64,000 nucleotides of DNA, from assembly GCA_951406725.2 (NCBI GenBank), contig OX597821.1, forward strand, positions 94,984,001 through 95,048,000. The letters run 5' to 3'. Shown one piece after another: positions 56,211-64,000 of this stretch (positions are counted from its first letter, which is position 1; the number at the start of each line of letters is the position of its first letter). This DNA comes from Octopus vulgaris (lineage: Eukaryota). A program made the translations under genes and the position numbers. The notes below the pieces were generated by a model. It was not told where the DNA came from and ran no database searches. It saw nothing but the letters and a program-made list of their open reading frames with translations.

Positions 56211-57319
56211 TATATATATGTGTGTGTACACACACACACGCAAACTCATACAAACATACACGAATATGTAGGACGGGATGGCAAAATTTCTTTCAAATCA
56301 TATCCACTGCCTTAAAAAAGGACTAAGATTTAATATAACATTAACGAATCCAAAGCAAGTGCAGCTCATTTCATTAAAGGTTATCCTCAGAATAAGCAGT
56401 ATGTAAAAGATATAGCTTACGTACTTTCTAGCTGCGCTTTTGGGTTTTTATTTATCCATTTAGTTACCTATTCTTTTCCATGGTCCCCTGAAGAGCAATT
56501 TCCTTCAGTCACCTACGTGTTTAACCTGTTCCTTTTAAAAGTGTAGTAATTATACATTAAGGAGTGGAACGTGGAATTTTCTGTAATTCAGGCCGCCTTG
56601 TGGTCCCAGCAGACAAAATGGAAAAGGCGTTTCCCCAGAGGATGCGACAAAGATATGCTGGAACAGCCACTCTGACTCATAGGGCTCGGTGAGCAGGGAT
56701 ATGGTCCGGGGACCGATAAAGCCGGAGATTTCCACAGTCACAAGCTCGACTATAATCCTGTCAGAGAGCAACCGATACCTTGACAGTTTGAAGACATTGA
56801 AAGTCAGAAGTACTAAACCGCTTTAAACATTCACATGCATAACTAAAATATAATGTATCAGACAGATACGATTCAATACATTTTGTGCTTTCAAAACCAA
56901 ACTCGAATTTTCATAAGATTTTAATGTAAATTAGAATAGATATTATAGTCAGTAAGTTGAGAAACAAACAGGACTACAGAAGACACTGAACTACGTCATT
57001 CCCACGTGACCGTATTGCTGATATTACTACATAATATCTACCATTCCTTTTGTTTTAATGTGTTGTTGTTCTTTCATTGAACATGCTTCTTTGTCTCAAA
57101 TTGCTACTTATAATGTATTTTACTGACACACGACTATATTTCTAAGGGACCAACCAGTTCATATGCTAGAAATATTAAGGACTTGTTAGTTTTCGCTCAA
57201 GATGACACGTTTAAAGGGGTTACCAATACTTGACGTCTATTTCACTTATGGTCTTTTGTAAAACTTCAAGTAAATAACCATTCTTGCCGCCGGCCTACAA
57301 TAATAACGATTCTTTCTAA

Positions 57320-59095
57320 TTTTGGCACAAAGCCAGCGACTTCGAGAGGAGAGACAACTTGATTAGATTGATTCCAGTATATGACTGGTACTATATTTTA
57401 TCGAAACATAAAGGCAAAGTTGACCTTTTGAACTCATAACCTGAAGAGTCTCGAGACATATCGCTAAGCATGTTTTTCCGACACAGCCAGATTGTTACCT
57501 TAATAATAGCAATGGTGCTAGTGATGATGATGATTTCTGACACAGGTTCAATGGGGAAGGTTTTAGACGAGGGAACATTTGCAGATATGACTGGTACTCT
57601 TTTTATGAAAGGAAAAAAATGGAGCTAAAAGATAAAGTCAGTGGAGTTTGGAACTGGTAAAACGAGGGACAGAATGCCTTGCGGTTATTCGCTATGTCCC
57701 TTTATGAAGTCTGTTCTGCTCTTCATTCTTCTGTGACGGGGTGGGGGTCAATAAAATAATATTAATCAAATACAGTGATTAAATTATTCAACTTTCTCCT
57801 CCCCCCCCCTCCTCCTCACCACCATCACTACCACCAATCTTGCACCAGTGTTAAATTCTTGTTATTCCTTTTCTTTCAAAACTGGTGCAGTATTTGATTA
57901 AATGGAAATACGGTGAAGTTGGAAGAGTGTAATTTAGTTGAATCTCTAATTTACTTTTGGACATCAAATCCTGCTGGGGTTGACTTTGTCTCTAATTCCT
58001 TCGGGGACGATAAAACAAAAGCCGGTACTAGACAAGGACTTATTAAGCTCAGTTTAAATATTTTCAAATTTTGGCACAAGGCCAGTAAGGTCGGGGGAAG
58101 GTGTAAGTCGATTAAATCGACTCCAGTGTTCAACTGGTATTTATGTTATCGATTCCGAAAGGATGAAAGACAAAGTCGTCCTCGGAGGAATTTGAACTCA
58201 GAACGTAAAGACGGACGAAATAGCGCTAAGCATTTTCACTGACGTTGCTAACGATTCTGCCAGATCTTGTCGCAAACATTCATTATTTTTTGTAAGTCAG
58301 GTATTATTTGATGGAAAAGGCTGACAGCTCTCCTTTTCTGTTGGAAAAGAAATGGAAAATTTTCTTATATTCTCAAAGAATGATATAAGCCTAAACTGCA
58401 AAAATTCATTGCTTGTCATATCACATGAACTTAATCTATGAATTTCATTTCATTTCTCTTTTTTATTTACAGATGGAGATCATCACTAAGATTATTCTTT
58501 TTGTGATACAATGAGAAAATCTTGGGTAAAATAAGCAGAATATATTTGACTTCAATGTGACAAATATGTATCCAAGGAATGGGTTTTGGGTGAGGCTACG
58601 CCACTGATAATTATAAATCAGTTGATATAGAACGAGTTCCAGCAACTCAAGTCAAAATAAAGATGTCAGCTATTTTTTTAATTCTAAAACAAATACTTTT
58701 ACCATCAAAATTCTAAAAAAAAAATTATGTAAATTTATATTTTTTTCTAATTTTGCATTTCTAATATTGGTTTCAAATTTTGGCACAAGGTCGGCAAATT
58801 TTGGAACGTAGGTAAGTCGATATCATCGACCCTAGTGTTCAGTGGTACTTATTTTATCGACCTCGGAATGATGAAAGGCAAAGTGGACCTCGAATTTCTA
58901 TCTAATATCAATAAATCATAAGGCTGAATTAGGAGAATCGTCTTTACATTTCTAAGTTCAAATTCTACCAAGGTCGACTTTGCCTTTCATCCTTTCGAGG
59001 TCGACAAAACAAGTATCATTTGAACACTGGGATTGAAGTGATAGACTTAACCCCCTCCCCCGAAATAGCTGGCCTTGCGCCAAAAAATTTGAAAG
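57320..59095. mobile_element. Scattered family C SINE remnants (57320-57490, 58060-58265, 58768-59095)
   Basis: Core motif CCGAAAGGATGAAAGGCAAAGTCGACC. Confidence 0.7.
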
Positions 59096-60547
59096 TAATA
59101 TTAATAAAACGTGGTTGCAACATTAGCAGTTATTTTTAGTAATGAATTTTATTTGAACACCACCGAAATGTAATTTTGTAAAATAAAATATTGCATGTTT
59201 ATTGTGATAAAAAAATGTTAATTCATTCAATATATATGTTGTTTTTTTTAACAATATTTTGGTTAAACTGCTTAACTAATTTGTAAAATAACACTTCGCC
59301 TTTTCTTAAATTCATTAAATCAGTTAGAACGTCTGATGACTCAATGTGGATATGTGGTCTTTATTCAAATTAACTCGTTCCTTTTAAAATAAAGCTGTCG
59401 CCATCTTGTTGACATTTTTTTTTGTTTCCAAAGACATGCTGAAATCTTCTGACGGGAGATTGCATAAATGAAGTTCGAATCTTCGCTCCAGTGAGTTTTA
59501 AAATATTTTGTTTTTACGTTTCTTCTTCGCAGTGATTTTTAAAGTATTTTATTACATAGTCTCTAGTAAACAACGTTAGAAGAGTTTGAAATATAAACTG
59601 AATTGTTCTGGTTTTTCTTTTTTTGCTTTTGCTAACGCACGTTGCCTCAAGAATTAGCGAGGTAATATTCTTCAATAATACCTTCAAAGTGTGTTGAACT
59701 TTACTTTTGTATTTATGAATTATTTTTAACATTTAATATTGATATTCTGTCAAAGATTTTTTTCTCCGTAACAATTTCAATAAGTAGTTTTTTTTTCTTC
59801 GTTTTAAGAACAATACCAAACTTTATAGAAGTGTATCGCTGTACTTTTGGCAAGTTAAGTTCGTACTGAACAAACGAATGGAAATAAGTTTTCATACCAG
59901 AGAGACTTAGTGTACAATCTTGATATTAATATTTTTATAAGAACAATATTTCTTTTTTAGTTTAACGAACTTAATACGCTAGATAAACAATGGTGTTCAC
60001 AAGCATACATAACCTGATGTCCCAGGGTATTATTGCTCTGGATATTCCTCGTACTAAAAATGATAGCGTACACAAATTTAATATTCTAAACACTTGTCTC
60101 AAGGCGGTTATACAAAGTGTGTCAATACAATTACGAGCTTTTTATTTAAATCTTGAGTCCACATGTTCTTCAACATGTCAGACCTTCCACTGGCTATCAA
60201 GTCATGTTTTACACATTGAAGTTTGTTTCATTTAACTAGTAAACTTTAATAACAATTTTAATATTATTTCTTAAGTCATACATACATTTGTGCGGGAGTA
60301 TTTTCTAGTTATATTCATCACAGCTAAGGCAGGAGTACAATCTTTAATATCTGATTAACTTTTGTCCGCTGAATTTAGATTATTTCTAATCCTTTGTTAG
60401 AGTAGTTTGAATTTAATCTGCTACAGTTTATTCTGAGCTAGTGTATAGTCAACCTAATCAACACACACTTCACAGTATATTACTGGTATTTTATCGTTAC
60501 CGTTTATATTTGATGCCAAAATGTGGTGCAGCGGAAACAAATACCTG

Positions 60548-60688
60548 TTTCTTTATTACCCACGAGGGTCTAAACATAGAGGGGACAAACAAGGACAGAC
60601 AAACGGATTAAGTCGATTACATCGACTCCAGTGCGTAACTGGTACTTAATTTATCGACCCCGAAAGGGTGAAAGGCAAAGTCGACCTT
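60548..60688 (-). mobile_element. Family C SINE 3' half
   Basis: Family similarity. Confidence 0.8.
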
Positions 60689-61671
60689 TAAGATCCTTCA
60701 GTTATCAAGTTTCTTATTTCTTACGTTTATAACCGAGAAATTTATTTTCGAAGCAGAAGCTGTATAATATTACACTTAAGGTTTTAGATTAAACCCGGTG
60801 GAGTAGATTTAGCTAACAATCAAAGGAGATTCCAACTGTGACCATCTCTTATCTTTCTGCCAGTGTATATCCAAGATTATATAATCCAATACGCTTTACT
60901 TTTTTTTTTTAATTACAAATTGTGATTTCAAAGTCATTTGGCTGTTATTTCTAGCAGGTTGAGTGACCTCATTGAGACTATTTTGTTGGCGCTTGAGACC
61001 CGATATCTCCATTTGTTGTTCTCCAAGGCACAGTCGTGTGCAAGTATATTTTATGTAAGGGAGACAAGCGTACGTGTCTTCTCTTCACGTCACCAATGAC
61101 GCCCAATGGGAAGGAAAGGACTGATACAGTATTTTTTTTTTAGCAGAATCGTCACCGGTGTTGCTGCCCGAACGCCAATCACAGGAACAGTAACCCAACG
61201 CTCTAACAATTCGTCCATCTTGTAAGGGAAGTGAGGCGGGTGCTTTATCAGGTCCGTAAAGATATAGACCAAAAGTAACTTCGACGGGATTTGATCTTAG
61301 CGCATAGGGAACCGGAGCAAATATCACAAGTCATTTTATACGATGCTCTACCGATTCTACTAATCCTCCACTTTACTAAATATACTAAAACAGGAGAAAA
61401 AGATGGGATGTTCATAGCCGGAATATATTTTATAATAGTTTGTCTATCAATTAACTATCTATATTTATAATGATATGCAATTGTTATTATTAATTATAAT
61501 TAATATCTATAATAAATTGCTACCTGATCTCACATTCGCAGGGTTAGGTACAGTCAGGTGAATTGATCCCAAATATACAACTGCTATTAACGTAATCAAC
61601 CATTATGTTTACGCGGAAACCCCAACGTGGTCACCTGACATGTTAAAAGAGCATGGAGAAAGCAGTCTTGG

Positions 61672-61759
61672 ATGGCGAGCTGGCAGAAACGTTAGCACGC
61701 CGGGCGAAATGCTTAGCAGTATTTCGTCTGCCGTTACGTTCTGAGTTCAAATTCCTTCG
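61672..61759 (+). mobile_element. Family C SINE head truncated by the gap
   Basis: GGCGAGCTGGCAGAAACGTTAGC... Confidence 0.85.
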
Positions 61760-61859
61760 NNNNNNNNNNNNNNNNNNNNNNNNNNNNNNNNNNNNNNNNN
61801 NNNNNNNNNNNNNNNNNNNNNNNNNNNNNNNNNNNNNNNNNNNNNNNNNNNNNNNNNNN
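61760..61859. other. Assembly gap (100 N)
   Basis: Seen directly in the sequence. Confidence 1.
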
Positions 61860-64000
61860 TTGGGAGATAGTGAGAAACATTCTGCCTGCTGCTGGTTTTC
61901 TATCGTCGTGGCATTGGGAGGTCGCGAGAAACATTTTGCCTGCTGCTGGTTTTCTATCGTCGTGGCATTGGGAAATAGTGAGAAACATTTTGCCTGCTGC
62001 TGGTTTTCTATCGTCGTGGCATTGGGAGATAGTGAGAAACATTCTGCCTGCAGCTGGTTTTCTATCGTCGTGGAATTGGGAGGTAGTGAGAAACATTCTG
62101 CCTGCTGCTGGTTTTCTATCGTCGTGGCATTGGCAGTTAGTGAGAAACATTTTGACTGCTGCTGGTCTTCTGTCGTCGTCGCGTCGGTAGATAGTGAGAA
62201 ACATCCTGCCTTCTGCTGGCCTTCTCTCGTCGTCGCGTCGGTAGAGAGTGAGAAACATCCTGCCTGCTGCTGGTCTTCTCTTGTCGTCGCGTAGGTTGAG
62301 AGTGAGAAACATCCTGCCTGCTGCTGGTCTTCTCTCGTCGTCGCGTCGGCAGAGAGTGAGAAACATCATGCCTGCTGCTGGTCTTCTCGCGTCGTAGCGT
62401 CGGTAGATAGTGAGAAACATCCTGCCTGCTGCTGGCCTTCTCTCGTCGTCGCGTCTGTAGATAGCGAGAAACATCCTGCCAGCTGCTGGTTTTCTCTCGT
62501 CGTCGCGTCGGTAGATAGCGAGAAACATCCTGCCTGCTGCTGGTCGTCTCTTGTCGTTGCATCGGTGGTGAATAAGAAACATTCTGCCTGCTGCTGGCCT
62601 TCACTCGTCGTCGCGTCGGTAGAGAGTGAGAAACATCCTGCCTGCTGCTGGTCTTCTCTCGTCGTCGCGTCAGTAGAGAGTGAGAAACATTCTGCCTGCT
62701 GCTGGTCTTCTCGCGTCGTAGCGTCGGTAGATAGTGAGAAACATTCTGCCTGCTGCTGTTTTTCTCTCGTCGTGGCATCGGGAGTTAGTGAGAAACATTC
62801 TGCCTGCTGCTGGTTTTCTCTCGTCGTGGCATCGGGAGTTAGTGAGAAACATTCTGCCTGCTGCTGGTTTTCTATCGTCGGGGCATTCGGAGATAGTGAG
62901 AAACATTCTGCCTGCTGCTGGTTTTCTCTCGTCGTGGCATCGGGAGTTAGTGAGAAACATTCTGCCTGCTGCTGGTTTTCTCTCGTCGTGGCATCGGGAG
63001 TTAGTGAGAAACATTTTGCCTGCTGCTGGTTTTCTATCGTCGGGGCATTCGGAGATATCGTCGTGGCATCGGGAGTTAGTGAGAAACATTCTGCCTGCTG
63101 CTGGTTTTCTATCGTCGTGGCATTGGGAGTTAGTGAGAAACATTCTGCCTGCTGCTGGTTTTCTCTCGTCGTGGCATTGGGAGTTAGTGAGAAACATTCT
63201 GCCTGCTGCTGGTTTTCTCTCGTCGTGGCATCGGGAGTTAGTGAGAAACATTCTGCCTGCTGCTGGTTTTCTCTCGTCGTGGCATCGGGAGTTAGTGAGA
63301 AACATTCTGCCTGCTGCTGGTTTTCTATCATCGTGGCATTGGGAGATAGTGAGAAACATTCTGCCTGCTGCTGGTTTTCTCTCGTCGTGGCATTTGGAGA
63401 TAGTGAGAAACATTCTGCCTGCTGCTGGTTTTCTATCGTCGGGGCATTCGGAGATAGTGAGAAACATTCTGCCTGCTGCTGGTTTTCTCTCGTCGTGGCA
63501 TCGGGAGTTAGTGAGAAACATTCTGCCTGCTGCTGGTTTTCTCTCGTCGTGGCATTGGGAGTTAGTGAGAAACATTCTGCCTGCTGCTGGTTTTCTCTCG
63601 TCGTGGCATTTGGAGTTAGTGAGAAACGTTCTGCCTGCTGCTGGTTTTCTATCGTCGTGGCATTGGGAGTTAGTGAGAAACATTCTGCCTGTTGCTGGTT
63701 TTCTCTCGTCGTGGCATTGGGAGTTAGTGAGAAACATTCTGCCAGTTGCTGGTTTTCTCTCGTCGTGGCATCGGTAGATAGTGAAGTGAGAAACATTCTG
63801 CCTGCTGCTTGTCTTCTCTCGTCGTGGCATCGGGAGATGGTGAGAAACATTCTGCATGCTGCTGGTCTTCTCTCGTCGTGGCATCGGGAGATAGTGAGAA
63901 ACATTCTGCCTGCTGCTGGTTTTCTCTCGTCGTGGCATCGGGAATTAGTGAGAAACATTCTGCCTGCTGCTGGTTTTCTATCGTCGTGGCATTGGGAGAT
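61860..64000. repeat. 54-bp tandem satellite, about 40 units, runs off the window end
   Basis: Unit GGGAG(A/T)TAGTGAGAAACATTCTGCCTGCTGCTGGTTTTCTCTCGTCGTGGCATC. Confidence 0.95.

Noticed and set aside
61860-64000. CRISPR array
   Set aside because: Head-to-tail repeats with no unique spacers, eukaryotic context, no cas genes

Overview
Eukaryotic, AT-rich, repeat-saturated DNA. It is very probably an octopus (cephalopod) genome, inferred from the tRNA-derived SINE families and dense (TA)n/(CA)n/(CATA)n/(GATA)n microsatellites. No intact protein-coding gene is visible: nearly all long ORFs in the track are microsatellite or satellite read-through. Main observations: (1) The unique DNA between the repeats translates on the minus strand, from about 2.5 kb to about 60.5 kb, into many decayed extracellular cadherin-repeat motifs broken by stops, frameshifts and TE insertions. 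This suggests the relic of a very large Fat/CDHX-like cadherin gene. (2) Several short Penelope-type elements next to (TA)n tracts form fold-back inverted repeats and carry minimal type I hammerhead ribozymes. One has a complete canonical core and a very long stem II; two others have swapped 3-8 core pairs (U3-A8, G3-C8). (3) There is a near-perfect tRNA-His(GTG) gene at 25039-25110. (4) Decayed transposons include mariner, maT-like, pogo-like, hAT-MITE, Helitron-like, Penelope GIY-YIG and RLE-LINE elements, plus dozens of SINEs. (5) There is a ~3.6-kb (TA)n array and, after a 100-N gap, a 54-bp tandem satellite. All calls come from manual reading and translation; no database searches were run.
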